DNA of 64,000 nt from Verrucomicrobiota bacterium (GTDB taxonomy: Bacteria; Verrucomicrobiota; Verrucomicrobiia; Opitutales; Cerasicoccaceae). The position numbers and the translations under genes are program-made. The stretch is taken from contig JBCBUK010000014.1 in assembly GCA_039818205.1 (NCBI GenBank), positions 32,001 to 96,000 of the forward strand, read 5' to 3'. Below, piece after piece: positions 39,066 through 49,999 of this stretch (positions are counted from its first letter, which is position 1; each line of letters begins with the position of its first letter). The notes below the pieces were generated by a model that ran no database searches, was not told the origin of the DNA, and was given only the letters and a program-made list of their open reading frames with translations.

Positions 39066-39635
39066 AAGGATCTCTTTGCCAACAGTGACTTTTCTGAGTG
39101 GACCCAAGTGAATGGCAAACCGGTCGGTGGCGGTTGGTCCATCGAAGACGGCGTTATCCATCGCGGAAAGCTTATAGCGGGTTCTATCATCACGAAGGAA
39201 CACTACACGGACTTTGAGCTTATTTTTGACTGGAAGATTTCCGGCTCCGGCAACTCTGGTGTGAAGTATCGTGCGCGCAAAAACCTTGGCTTGGAGTATC
39301 AAGTGCTCGACGACAAGGGCCATCCCAACGGTAAAAATCCACTAACCCGTGCTGGGTCGATCTATGCACTATACCCGGCTTCGGACGACAAAACACTCAA
39401 GCCCGTTGGCGAATGGAATACCGGACGCATTCTCGTGCAGGGAAACCATGTTGAGCATTGGCTCAATGGCGAACAAGTCCTTGAAGCAGAGATCGGCAGC
39501 GACGAATGGAAAAAACGTTTTGCGGCGAGCAAGTACCACAAACATGATGGATTTGGCACGTGGACCGGAAACATTCTCCTCCAGGATCATAGCGATCCCG
39601 TCTGGTACCGCAATGTTCGCATCCGCGAGCTTTAA
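39066..39635 (+). CDS. Second DUF1080 domain, in frame with the upstream gene after a single TGA (split gene or readthrough)
   Basis: KDLFANSDFSEW...NSGVKYR...EYQVLDD...LQDH...YRNVRIREL; same frame as 38313; only GTG 39108 available as an independent start. Confidence 0.8.
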   Translation, partial: KDLFANSDFSEWTQVNGKPVGGGWSIEDGVIHRGKLIAGSIITKEHYTDFELIFDWKISGSGNSGVKYRARKNLGLEYQVLDDKGHPNGKNPLTRAGSIYALYPASDDKTLKPVGEWNTGRILVQGNHVEHWLNGEQVLEAEIGSDEWKKRFAASKYHKHDGFGTWTGNILLQDHSDPVWYRNVRIREL

Positions 39636-39670
39636 TCGACTCAAACTATCTCTCTACGACTGCGTTCAAC

Positions 39671-41275
39671 ATGAGCAACGAAAGCCCTCGTGAGGCCATT
39701 CTTGCTGCCCAGGAAAAAGGCGGCTTACACAAATTCCTGACCTACGCCAAGCTCTCCGGCCCCGGCTGGATGCAAGGCGCTATTACGCTCGGCGGCGGCT
39801 CGCTTGCTGGCGCAATGTATCTGGGCATTATCTCCGGCTTCGGGCTGCTCTGGTTGCAACCGCTGGCGATGATCTGCGGGATCATCATGCTCTCCGCGAT
39901 TGCCTATGTCACGCTGTCAACCGAAGCCGCGCCCTTTGGTTTAGTTAACAAGCACCTGACACCTGCACTAGGCTGGGCTTGGCTAATTGCAACCGTGATG
40001 GCCAACATCGTTTGGTGCATGCCTCAGTTCAATCTGGGCCGCGCAGCGATTCAGCAGAACCTGATACCCGCCGTCGGCGATGGTAACGTTTCAACGATCG
40101 TCATTTGCTTGATCCTCCTTGTCATCGCACTCGGAGTAAACGTGCTTTATGAGTCTGAGGGCAAGGGTCGCCAATTGTTTGACCTCATCATCAAATGCAT
40201 GGTGGGCCTCATTGTCCTATCGTTTATCCTCGTAGTGATTACTCTGGCGAGCAACGGCTTGATCGATGTCGGAGCCATCTTCGGCAACCTCATCCCAGAC
40301 CCCTCGCTACTGTTCAAACCGGCGGAAGGATACAGCGCCTTGATCGCTCAATCCAGCCAACCCGAGTGGTGGACGAATCGCATCGTCAACGACCAACGCG
40401 ACATCATCATAACCGCGTTCGGAACAGCCGTCGGCATCAACATGACCTGGCTGCTCCCCTACTCTCTGCTCAAAAAACGCTGGGGTAAAGTGGAGCGCGG
40501 TCTTTCGATTTTTGACTTATCAATCGGTTTGTTCGTGCCTTTCTTTTTGGCCACGAGCTGCGTCGTAATTGCCGCCGCATCCCAATTCCACGCCAAGACA
40601 CTTGATGTCCCTCCTGGCTCGGGTGACGAAACAATTGCGGCTCTCGTCGCCGCGCATCCCGGCGTTCCAAGTGAAGCGGACCAGTCCCTGGCTTTGATGC
40701 TCGTTAAGCGCGATAATTTCCAACTGGCAACCGCTCTGGAGCCCCTTGCTGGCAAAGCCGTTTCGCAATGGATTTTTGGCTTCGGTGTTTTGGGAATGGC
40801 GCTTTCTACCATCATCATCTTGATGCTCATGAATGGCCTTGCGTTCCAGGAACTGCTGGGGCAACGAGGCAAACCGGGTGAGAAGCGTGCGCACTATATC
40901 GGCTGTCTGATCTCTGGCCTCGCCGGATTTGTTGGTCCCTTCATCTGGACCGGAAAAGCCAAGGCCGCCCTGGCAATTCCAACCTCGGTAATTGGTGGCT
41001 CGTTAATCCCGATCGCCTATTTCACATTCTTCCTAATGATGAACTCCAAGAAGGTCCTCGGAGACAATCGCCCAGAAGGCACTCAACGGATCATCTGGAA
41101 TGTCCTGATGGGCGGCGCAACCCTGATCGCCTCAATTGGTTCCGTTTGGGTCCTGTCGGGCAAGAGTCACTTTGAGAACTGGAAGGGTATGATCCCGGCA
41201 GCGGGACTTGGTCTGCTTGTTGCCCTGTTCATTGTTGGAACGATTTCCTTTATCAAAAACGAGAAAGAGTCATGA
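39671..41275 (+). CDS. Nramp/MntH-like (APC superfamily) transporter
   Basis: GPGWMQGAITLGGGSL N-terminus, ~12 TM; lacks the canonical DPGN metal motif. Confidence 0.75.
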   Translation: MSNESPREAILAAQEKGGLHKFLTYAKLSGPGWMQGAITLGGGSLAGAMYLGIISGFGLLWLQPLAMICGIIMLSAIAYVTLSTEAAPFGLVNKHLTPALGWAWLIATVMANIVWCMPQFNLGRAAIQQNLIPAVGDGNVSTIVICLILLVIALGVNVLYESEGKGRQLFDLIIKCMVGLIVLSFILVVITLASNGLIDVGAIFGNLIPDPSLLFKPAEGYSALIAQSSQPEWWTNRIVNDQRDIIITAFGTAVGINMTWLLPYSLLKKRWGKVERGLSIFDLSIGLFVPFFLATSCVVIAAASQFHAKTLDVPPGSGDETIAALVAAHPGVPSEADQSLALMLVKRDNFQLATALEPLAGKAVSQWIFGFGVLGMALSTIIILMLMNGLAFQELLGQRGKPGEKRAHYIGCLISGLAGFVGPFIWTGKAKAALAIPTSVIGGSLIPIAYFTFFLMMNSKKVLGDNRPEGTQRIIWNVLMGGATLIASIGSVWVLSGKSHFENWKGMIPAAGLGLLVALFIVGTISFIKNEKES

Positions 41276-42333
41276 AGTTCGGAATCATCGGCACCGGCAT
41301 GATTGCCAATGTCCACGCGCATGCTATTCAGGACATGCCCAACGGCGAGCTTGTCGGGGTCTACGGCAGCAATCCAGCCAAGACAACGGCTTTGGCGGAG
41401 AAGTTTGGCGTAACGGCATTCTCGACTCTCGATGAGATGCTCAACGACGACTCGATCGATATCGTCACCGTCGCCACACCATCAGGTGCTCACCTGAATC
41501 CGACACTCGCGGCAATTGCAGCCGGCAAGCATCTGGCGATCGAGAAGCCGCTCGAAATTACGACCGAACGGATCGACCAGATGATCGCAGCAGCCAAAAG
41601 CAAGGGTGTGATGCTTTCGGCCATTTTGAACCGCCGCTTTCACCCCGCCATGGGTGTTTTCAAGCAGGCGGCGGAGAACAACCGCTTTGGTCGGCTGACC
41701 TCGGCGTCGGCCTACATCAAATGGTACCGAGACCAGGCCTACTACGACTCTGGCGCCTGGCGGGGCACCTGGGAGCTTGATGGCGGTGGAGCGCTCATGA
41801 ATCAATCAATCCACACGATCGACGCGCTGATTTACCTGGCTGGGCCCGTGAAGTCTGTCCAGGCAACCACCGCGTGCCTCGCCCATGAGAATATCGATGT
41901 CGAAGACATTGGCGTCGCCGTAGTCGAATTTGCGAACGGAGCCCGTGGGGTCATCGAAGGCTCCACCTGCACCTGGTCGAAGGACGGGCACCCAGCCCGG
42001 GTTCAACTCGCCGGTACCGAAGGTTCGGCGTTCCTCGCCGATGAGTCGTTCGAGGTGTGGGACTTCATGCATGAAACTGCTGAAGACGACGCCATCCGTG
42101 CTCAATATATGATGGGCGCGACTCCCGGCCTTGGTGCCAACGACCCGAAAGCGATCAATACGATTCAGCACCAGCGAAATTTTGAGGAAATCGTTGCCGC
42201 GGTCCAGGAGAACCGTGCACCCAGTACCTCTGCCGAAACCGCGCGCCAAAGTGTTGAACTGATTGAAGCAATCTACCACTCTGCCCAAAATAATGGCGAA
42301 AAAGTCGCGCTTTCTTCCGTCCTCGTTGGTTAG
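41272..42333 (+). CDS. Cytoplasmic Gfo/Idh/MocA family oxidoreductase
   Basis: GIIGTGMIA, TPSGAH, IEKP, WRGTWELDGGGALMNQSIHTID; no signal peptide. Confidence 0.93.
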   Translation: MKFGIIGTGMIANVHAHAIQDMPNGELVGVYGSNPAKTTALAEKFGVTAFSTLDEMLNDDSIDIVTVATPSGAHLNPTLAAIAAGKHLAIEKPLEITTERIDQMIAAAKSKGVMLSAILNRRFHPAMGVFKQAAENNRFGRLTSASAYIKWYRDQAYYDSGAWRGTWELDGGGALMNQSIHTIDALIYLAGPVKSVQATTACLAHENIDVEDIGVAVVEFANGARGVIEGSTCTWSKDGHPARVQLAGTEGSAFLADESFEVWDFMHETAEDDAIRAQYMMGATPGLGANDPKAINTIQHQRNFEEIVAAVQENRAPSTSAETARQSVELIEAIYHSAQNNGEKVALSSVLVG

Positions 42334-42654
42334 GATGAGTTTAGATTATTTCACCAGCAGTGGTGGAAAACTGGTTTAACCTCGCCCAGATTGACGATAT
42401 ATGACAATACCGACCACTATCTATAGATAGCGTTTTATACCATTATCGGCAACCCACAGAGGTGACTACTTTTCCGTATACTCCTAAACAACAATATTTT
42501 ACATAGAAAAAAACCGTCTATTAAATTTACAATTATCGGCATTATTAGATTTTTTACACTTCCACTATTTGGTTGATTTATCGCCGTTTTGTTGCATCGA
42601 TTGGTTTTTACACCCCCACACCCTTTCGCTTCACCCACATCACGATATACACCT

Positions 42655-43173
42655 ATGAGTTCAAACGAATCTGGCGGTAACGACCTAGGACTAACCCTGG
42701 GAATGCTCACCCTCCGCATCTGGTTGGCAATGCGGTCCTTCCAAACCGGCCTCGAAAAGTATGCTGGTATGAAGGCCGACGACACCGCTGTCGAGTTAGA
42801 TGGGGAACCCAACACCTACGGCCTGACCGAGGAGACCATGGAGAAAACCTACTCGTTTTCCGATTACCATGGCGTTCCCGCCGCCCTGGCAGACAAGTTC
42901 GCCAAGGAGCCCCTCATCCCTGGCTTTTTCCTGAAAATCTACGACGCCACCCTGGGACCCATCCTAATCATCCTGGGCATCACACTTCTCATTGGCATCT
43001 GCACCCGCTTTACGCTGTTCGCTATGGGTCTGGTCTACTGCAGCCTGACTTTTGGTCTAATCCTCATCAAGCAAGACGCTGGCGTTGCCTGGCTCGGCAT
43101 CCATATCATCATGGTTGTGCTGGCGCTCACGCTTGCAAGATACAATCGACTGGCTATAATGAATAAATTCTAG
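42655..43173 (+). CDS. DoxX-like membrane protein
   Basis: LTLRIWLA...GLEK motif, periplasmic loop, LLIGICTR, 4 TM. Confidence 0.72.
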   Translation: MSSNESGGNDLGLTLGMLTLRIWLAMRSFQTGLEKYAGMKADDTAVELDGEPNTYGLTEETMEKTYSFSDYHGVPAALADKFAKEPLIPGFFLKIYDATLGPILIILGITLLIGICTRFTLFAMGLVYCSLTFGLILIKQDAGVAWLGIHIIMVVLALTLARYNRLAIMNKF

Positions 43174-43193
43174 CCACGTGACTCATACATAAG

Positions 43194-44603
43194 ATGAATA
43201 AGCAACAATCCCCTATCCACCGCCGCGATTTCCTCTCGAAATCCACGTTGGGAGCCGGGCTCTTGCTCGGTGCGCCCGCTATCCTGAAGGCCTCGACCTC
43301 TGACTCTTCAAAGGACGCTCCAGCAGCGTCCGGTGCTGACGACATTCGTGTTGGCTTTATTGGATGCGGGAAACAACACATCGTCCTCCGGGACGCGATG
43401 CTCGACCTGCCCGGTGTTCGCTACGTAGCGGCTGCCGACATTATGAAATCCCGTCTCCAAGAAACGACGGGCACGATCTACAAGAAATTTGACTACCGTC
43501 CGAAGCCTTACCTGAGCGCCGAAGAGATGCTCGAAAAGGAAGACTTGGATGCCGTCTTCGTCGCAACGCCCGATTTCTGGCACGCACCGCATACCGTGAT
43601 GGCCCTTGAAGCCGGCTGCCACGTTTATTGCGAAAAGATGATGTCCAACACCATCGAAGGCGCGCGCAGCATGGTTGAAGCGATGGACCGCACTGGTAAA
43701 CTTTGCCAAATTGGTCACCAACGTCGCAGCAACCCACGCTATTTGTTCACCCTCAATGAGCTCATTCGCAAGAATCAGCTCTGCGGGCAAATCGTGAACA
43801 TCAACGGCCAATGGAACCGCTCGCTCTCTGCTTCGCAGCCGATCGGTGCTCAGATGAAGAAGTCGCTGCTGCCGAAGGATGATATCATCCAAGAGTATGG
43901 CTTTGCCGCAGGTGCCGAAGGCAAACTAAGCAAAGAAGACCTGCAGGACCGCTTCCTCAACTGGCGCTTCTACAAGGCCCTCTCTGGCGGACCCATCTCC
44001 GACCTTGGTGCCCACCAGATCGACATCTTCAACTGGTTCCTGGGCACTCAACCCACCTCGGTCATGGCATCGGGCGGGCACAATTACTTCAAGGACCGCG
44101 AACACTTCGACAACGTGATGTGTGTATTCGACTACGATACACCCGATGGCGGTGCCCGCGCATTCTACCAAGTGTTGACCACGACGAGCGCTGGCGGCGG
44201 CTACTACGAGTCCTTCATGGGCACGGATGGCACCATCGAAATCTCGGAGCGCGAAGCCTACACGAACATTTACAAGGAATCGGGAGCCGACGGCAAAAAG
44301 TGGGACGACCTCGTTCGCCGTGGATACCTCAAGAAAGAAGCTGACGGGAAGGCCGCGGGCGGCGCAGACGCAATCGCGTCCTACGCATCGGCTCCACCCG
44401 ACAAATATGCCCTACCGGGCGGCTTGAACAAGCCACCGCACCAGCCGCATATTGCAAACTTCTTGGCGGCAATTCGTGGAGAAGCGAAGTTGACGTGTGA
44501 TGCCCGTCATGCCTTAGAATCCGAAGCTCCCATTTATTGGGTCAACCCGGCTGCTGAAAACCGGGGAACTATCATTCTTACTGAAGAGCACCTGCATACC
44601 TAA
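43194..44603 (+). CDS. Tat-exported Gfo/Idh/MocA family oxidoreductase
   Basis: HRRDFLS signal; [33 protein letters not shown]...DLGAHQID. Confidence 0.93.
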   Translation: MNKQQSPIHRRDFLSKSTLGAGLLLGAPAILKASTSDSSKDAPAASGADDIRVGFIGCGKQHIVLRDAMLDLPGVRYVAAADIMKSRLQETTGTIYKKFDYRPKPYLSAEEMLEKEDLDAVFVATPDFWHAPHTVMALEAGCHVYCEKMMSNTIEGARSMVEAMDRTGKLCQIGHQRRSNPRYLFTLNELIRKNQLCGQIVNINGQWNRSLSASQPIGAQMKKSLLPKDDIIQEYGFAAGAEGKLSKEDLQDRFLNWRFYKALSGGPISDLGAHQIDIFNWFLGTQPTSVMASGGHNYFKDREHFDNVMCVFDYDTPDGGARAFYQVLTTTSAGGGYYESFMGTDGTIEISEREAYTNIYKESGADGKKWDDLVRRGYLKKEADGKAAGGADAIASYASAPPDKYALPGGLNKPPHQPHIANFLAAIRGEAKLTCDARHALESEAPIYWVNPAAENRGTIILTEEHLHT

Positions 44604-44607
44604 CGAT

Positions 44608-45333
<726 letters not shown>

Positions 45334-45355
45334 GCTCAACAGCCACTTTTTATGC

Positions 45356-45385
45356 AAAAGGACACCGCTCGAGCGGTGTCCTTTT
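45356..45385. terminator. Perfect 30-bp palindrome, bidirectional terminator
   Basis: AAAAGGACACCGCTCGAGCGGTGTCCTTTT between convergent genes. Confidence 0.8.
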
Positions 45386-45435
45386 TTGTTAAATCGGTTT
45401 ACCGGAGTTCCTCGCTCCAGCATCGGGCACTCTAG

Positions 45436-46269
45436 CTATTTGGCGCGATTGACCGACTGTACTTGGGCGCTGCGATCAATATTTAGATTGGCGGCGCGGC
45501 CGTCTTCATCATCGGGAATGTAGACGATCAGCTTATTACACAGGTCGAGGTGCGCTTTCACATCGTCGCCGGTGGTGAAGGTCAAACAGTGGCCTCCAAA
45601 GTCCTTGGCGTCATTGAGAAAGTGGAGGTGGAAGCCTGGTGGGTTGAGCGTCGAGGCGTACTGCGGATAGTAGAAGCCAACCAAGCTGCCCTTAACATCA
45701 TCTTGTTCGAAGATGGACTGAACCTTGGTGATATCCGCCAGGCTCGGGTAAGGTTTCTCGTTCTGCTTGGGGATACTGCGGCACTTCATATATTTGAAGG
45801 TGCCCGAAATCTGGATCGCGTAGGGTGTGTTGATGTTCGGGAGCTGTTTCTCCACAAACTTCGAAACCTCATCGTAGGTCAACCCCTCTGGAATATCGAT
45901 CACTTGATCTGGCTGGAAGTTGGCCATCGTGATGTAAGGCGTCGTGGCGCTGTACGGCATCTCGTGCACCTTGCCATCGTAATCAATTTGGTAGATGACC
46001 CCATCAATCATGTAGAGCTCACCGTCGAGCTTATCGAAAGTGCCGAGACCAAAATTTCCGTAAGGTCTCAGCTCTTCGAAGCTGACGGATCCATCATACA
46101 GACCGGCAAGGAGACCGTTGTAGGACGACACTTGAGTCACACAATTGCGATGGAGATCAAGTGTCTCGTGCGAGCCCGCAGGCTTCGGTTCGCTGTGCGG
46201 CGCTTTGGCAAAGCAGGCAGCAGCGAGCGTTAAGGCGACAAAGGAGAAGAGATAATTGTTTCGAACCAT
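45436..46269 (-). CDS. budA: Alpha-acetolactate decarboxylase family protein with N-terminal signal peptide
   Basis: GLYDG...GNFGLGTFDKLDGE, RSIPKQ..PY, GFHLHFL...GGH metal-binding motif. Confidence 0.85.
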   Translation of the reverse strand: MVRNNYLFSFVALTLAAACFAKAPHSEPKPAGSHETLDLHRNCVTQVSSYNGLLAGLYDGSVSFEELRPYGNFGLGTFDKLDGELYMIDGVIYQIDYDGKVHEMPYSATTPYITMANFQPDQVIDIPEGLTYDEVSKFVEKQLPNINTPYAIQISGTFKYMKCRSIPKQNEKPYPSLADITKVQSIFEQDDVKGSLVGFYYPQYASTLNPPGFHLHFLNDAKDFGGHCLTFTTGDDVKAHLDLCNKLIVYIPDDEDGRAANLNIDRSAQVQSVNRAK

Positions 46270-46339
46270 AGGAGTGATTGAGTTCGAAGAATAGATACGA
46301 CCTTTGCCGCCATAAGGCTAGCCCGAATATATCAACACT

Positions 46340-47632
46340 CTAGGTCTTGATGCGGATCTCTTTCGCTTCGCCTTGAATTGCTGGCACCTCTTCCGGCAGA
46401 ACAACCTCACCGCGCTCAAAGTCGATTGGGCGAGGCGACATCTCCATCGAGTAGAACGGTGATTTCTTGTTCTCAGTAAGATCAACCCAGCGAATAAATT
46501 TTCCAGTGTATGCAGACATGCGACCACCGATCGCCGCCAGGCTCGCTTCGGCGATTTCCTGTGCTCCGTTGATGGGCTTATCCGTGCGGATCGCCCGAAT
46601 CAATTCAACCTGCTGCTGGATATTGCCATCATCAAATTCCTGCTCGATTGGATCAATTGAAACCTCTTTGCCGACGACCTTCATTCCGTTGGTGTAACCA
46701 TCGACGCCGCGGAAGGTTTCTCCGACCCGATTGTAGCAACCGCTGATTTGACGGCACTGGCTTTGAACGTGAATGCCATCACCGTAGTCACAATCGACGG
46801 CAAAGAAGTCGAACTGGTTACCGGTTTCACGGCGAGCGCGACCACCCATTCCCATAAATGAGATCGGATTTCGGCCCAGATACCAACGGGCGATGTCAAA
46901 CTGGTGGACGTGTTGCTCGGCAATATGATCGCCTGAGAGTTCAACGAAGTTGAGCCAGTTGCGGGTAATGTAGTCGGCATCACTTTGGCCCGGCTGACGG
47001 GGTGAAATCCAAGGCACTTGACCATTCCAATAGATGCTTCCGCCAACGATCTCTCCGATCGCGCCTTGGTCAATCTTGGCCTTTTGCTCACGGTACTTCT
47101 TATCGGAGCGGCGCTGCGTGCCAACGCCAATCGAAAGCCCCTTGTGGTCAGCCAACTCGCCCAGCTCCATGACCTTTCTTGCGCCGACTGGATCCACGGC
47201 AACGGGCTTCTGCACAAACAAATGCTTGTCCGCATTCAGGCAGGCCTCCATATGCAACGGTCGGAAATTCGGTGGAGTCGCCATGAGGACCAGTTCAGCA
47301 TCCGATTCGGCAACCTTATGGTAGGCATCGAAGCCGACATGTCCCACCGCAGGATCAATCTGATGCTTTTCCGCGAAGGCTTTTACACGATCGGCAAACG
47401 GATCCGCGATTGCCACGAATTCGGGTTCGATGCCCAAAATCTCACAGGCCTTGCGGACCTGCCAAACATCGCCACCACTGCGGCCTCCGCAACCGATAAC
47501 ACCGACCTTGAGTTTGCTGGTGTTTAGGCCGTTGTTTGTTTGCGCTCCAAGAATGTTAAAGCTGGCAACCGCGGCCGAGCCGAGTGCAGCTGTCTTCACA
47601 AAATTACGTCGGGTGAGGTTATACGTGTTCAT
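46340..47632 (-). CDS. Tat-exported Gfo/Idh/MocA family oxidoreductase
   Basis: TRRNFVK signal; GVIGCGGR, ATPPNFRP, QKPVAVD, SGDHIAEQHVHQFD. Confidence 0.93.
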   Translation of the reverse strand: MNTYNLTRRNFVKTAALGSAAVASFNILGAQTNNGLNTSKLKVGVIGCGGRSGGDVWQVRKACEILGIEPEFVAIADPFADRVKAFAEKHQIDPAVGHVGFDAYHKVAESDAELVLMATPPNFRPLHMEACLNADKHLFVQKPVAVDPVGARKVMELGELADHKGLSIGVGTQRRSDKKYREQKAKIDQGAIGEIVGGSIYWNGQVPWISPRQPGQSDADYITRNWLNFVELSGDHIAEQHVHQFDIARWYLGRNPISFMGMGGRARRETGNQFDFFAVDCDYGDGIHVQSQCRQISGCYNRVGETFRGVDGYTNGMKVVGKEVSIDPIEQEFDDGNIQQQVELIRAIRTDKPINGAQEIAEASLAAIGGRMSAYTGKFIRWVDLTENKKSPFYSMEMSPRPIDFERGEVVLPEEVPAIQGEAKEIRIKT

Positions 47633-47648
47633 TATTGTATTGGCTTAA

Positions 47649-48434
47649 TTATTTGCTGCGAACGTTCTCGCTAACGGGTTTCCCTGCAGCCCACAGGAAG
47701 CCACGGGTAAGCATGTCCATGTAGTTTGGATCGAGCATCGTTTCATTGTGATGCCCAATCGACGTGGCGAAAACACGGGTCTTATTGGGGCCGTATTCAT
47801 TCACCCAAACAGTCGAATGAGATTCTCCATTCTTCTCCGAGGTCGATTCCGCTAACGAAGTCATGGTCGGATAGATGGTCTTAATAAAATAGAGTTCGCC
47901 CTGCGGAGTGGTCCAATTGCTCATCCCCTCCGTGATCTCGTGATCAGGGTTCACGATCCGGACTTCGAACGGGTGCTTGGCGCCATGTCCCGGCGAATGG
48001 ACGCCGCAGAACTTCCACCAGTCTTCAGCGGTCGAGCCCTCGCGATAGCAATGCATCGAGCAATGGATCATCACGGCAGGCACACCATCAAGGTGTGGTT
48101 GCAGAATACCGGCAATATACTCCTCGTCGCTAATGTGGGCAAAACACTCGTTGTGCACAACGACATCATAGCCTTTGGCCCAATCGGGATTCTTATAGAA
48201 ATCAAGCAACACATCGCCTGCTTTCGTTCGCTGGTGCAATATCGTCCATTGAACTCGAAGCTTGGAGTTATCATCGATGCCACTAGGAATAATCTCCTGC
48301 TGCGTATCGTAGTCATGGCAGCAGCCACCGGTAATCAGAAGTGCTTTAACATCCGGCTTTGGGCTTGGCTTGGGCTTTGCCACCAAACTACTGGCGACAA
48401 AGAAACTAAGCATGAGGGTAACAATGATCTTCAT
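47649..48434 (-). CDS. Secreted ThuA-like domain protein
   Basis: Signal peptide; [35 protein letters not shown]. Confidence 0.88.
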   Translation of the reverse strand: MKIIVTLMLSFFVASSLVAKPKPSPKPDVKALLITGGCCHDYDTQQEIIPSGIDDNSKLRVQWTILHQRTKAGDVLLDFYKNPDWAKGYDVVVHNECFAHISDEEYIAGILQPHLDGVPAVMIHCSMHCYREGSTAEDWWKFCGVHSPGHGAKHPFEVRIVNPDHEITEGMSNWTTPQGELYFIKTIYPTMTSLAESTSEKNGESHSTVWVNEYGPNKTRVFATSIGHHNETMLDPNYMDMLTRGFLWAAGKPVSENVRSK

Positions 48435-48441
48435 GGTAAAA

Positions 48442-49995
48442 TTAGCCGTCTTTCTTGGGTTTTGGATAGTCTTGATTCAATTCCATATCGGCCTCACTCG
48501 GAGTCCGTGACTCGACGCCCTTCTCAGGCACTTCTGACTTTGCAGTCCAAAGTAATGCGTTAAGCACCGTCTTTCGAAAATCGTCGTGCATCCAGTTTTG
48601 ATGAAAGTGTCCTCCGGTAAAACCGAAGGCGCGCCCGCCATCGGGCCGATCATAGGCCCAGGCAACCACCTGCGGTTTTCCTGCCTTAACCTCCGAGAGT
48701 ACGGTTGGATTGCTACCGCGATTCTTATCTTTGGATCGCGAGGTTAAACTACGAACCGGTGGCAGAGCGGAGAGAATCGGTGTGACACCAGCCATTTCGG
48801 GTTGAAACCGCATATGATAATACCACTCGTCGCGGATCGTAAACGGCTCCACGCCCTGGGTGATCGGATGATCGGGAAACTCGGTGAATTCAGCATCCCA
48901 ATGTGGGTTCACCGACCAACCAATCTCAAAGTATCCACCCATCCAATCCAAAAATGTCGGCCCCAATACCTCCGGCTCAACCTCGACCGCAAAGTGTAGG
49001 CAGGCCACTCCGACACCGTCATCGACCAAGGCTTGAATCTTGTCTTGATGCTTCTTTGCCATGTGCCCTTTAAACCCGTCACAATACATTACCACCGTAT
49101 CCGGTTGTTGGTAGCCAACCCATCGCTGCGGCCACTCGCCTTCGGTCACCACTTGAGCAACGACATCGGTATTGCTTTCATTCAAACTTCGGGCCAAGAG
49201 CAAACTTCCCGCCTTGTGTTCGTGTGCGTTGTAACCGTGACTTTTCTCTCCGGCCAGAAACAGGATTTCTTTCTTATCCTCAGGCTCAAGCACGCGCAAC
49301 TGAATGTTACGGAAACGCACTTGCATCGGTGGACCCTGATGCAACTGCAATGCGATTAGACCGTCTTCCAAACGATCATCGGCATTCTCGGAAAACTCTG
49401 AAACCACGACTCCGTTGATCTTCTGGATACATTGGTTACCCCGAGCGATGATGTGGTAGGTATTCCATCCATCAAGATCGATGGCCTCAAGGATCTCATC
49501 AGCATCGCCCACGCGGGCGACAACCTCAACGTCTCCCTTCTTCGATCCGACAACCGTCTTCTCACCGCGCCTAGCGAGCACACCCTTGTGGCGTTCGCCA
49601 TAGGCGGCGCCCATCCACTGAGGATCTTCGGCGATATCGGCCTGATACCCACCGACGACCCATTGGCCCTTTTCTTCAACCGGGAAACTGCGGTATTGAA
49701 TCCCGCTGTTGTGGTTAACCAACTTAAAATCGACCTTGAGCTCGAAGTCTTTAACGTTGTCACCCTCCCAGATTAGAAAGGTGTTCGCGGGCGTGCGGTT
49801 ATCTGCCGTGGTTTCGCCAACAATGTCACCATCTTCAACGCGCCAAAACTTGGGATCGCCATCCCAACCATCCAACGTCTTTCCATCAAACAGCTCGACG
49901 AAAACACTGTCATCAGCAACGGCGACAGCCACGCCAAGCAGGCTTGGCAGCAGCCAAGTCAATGCTCGTTTGAAATGGGGTTTGGAGAAAAACAT
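48442..49995 (-). CDS. Secreted DUF1080 + ThuA fusion protein
   Basis: [10 protein letters not shown]...NSGIQYRS...GYQADI...LQLHQG...FRNI, then AGEKSHG..HEH...DEWYY...FTGGHFH. Confidence 0.9.
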   Translation of the reverse strand: MFFSKPHFKRALTWLLPSLLGVAVAVADDSVFVELFDGKTLDGWDGDPKFWRVEDGDIVGETTADNRTPANTFLIWEGDNVKDFELKVDFKLVNHNSGIQYRSFPVEEKGQWVVGGYQADIAEDPQWMGAAYGERHKGVLARRGEKTVVGSKKGDVEVVARVGDADEILEAIDLDGWNTYHIIARGNQCIQKINGVVVSEFSENADDRLEDGLIALQLHQGPPMQVRFRNIQLRVLEPEDKKEILFLAGEKSHGYNAHEHKAGSLLLARSLNESNTDVVAQVVTEGEWPQRWVGYQQPDTVVMYCDGFKGHMAKKHQDKIQALVDDGVGVACLHFAVEVEPEVLGPTFLDWMGGYFEIGWSVNPHWDAEFTEFPDHPITQGVEPFTIRDEWYYHMRFQPEMAGVTPILSALPPVRSLTSRSKDKNRGSNPTVLSEVKAGKPQVVAWAYDRPDGGRAFGFTGGHFHQNWMHDDFRKTVLNALLWTAKSEVPEKGVESRTPSEADMELNQDYPKPKKDG

Positions 49996-49999
49996 AGAA

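Noticed and set aside
42435..42815. 126-aa minus-strand ORF over the doxX promoter
   Set aside because: Antisense to doxX and runs through an AT-rich promoter; no recognisable motif
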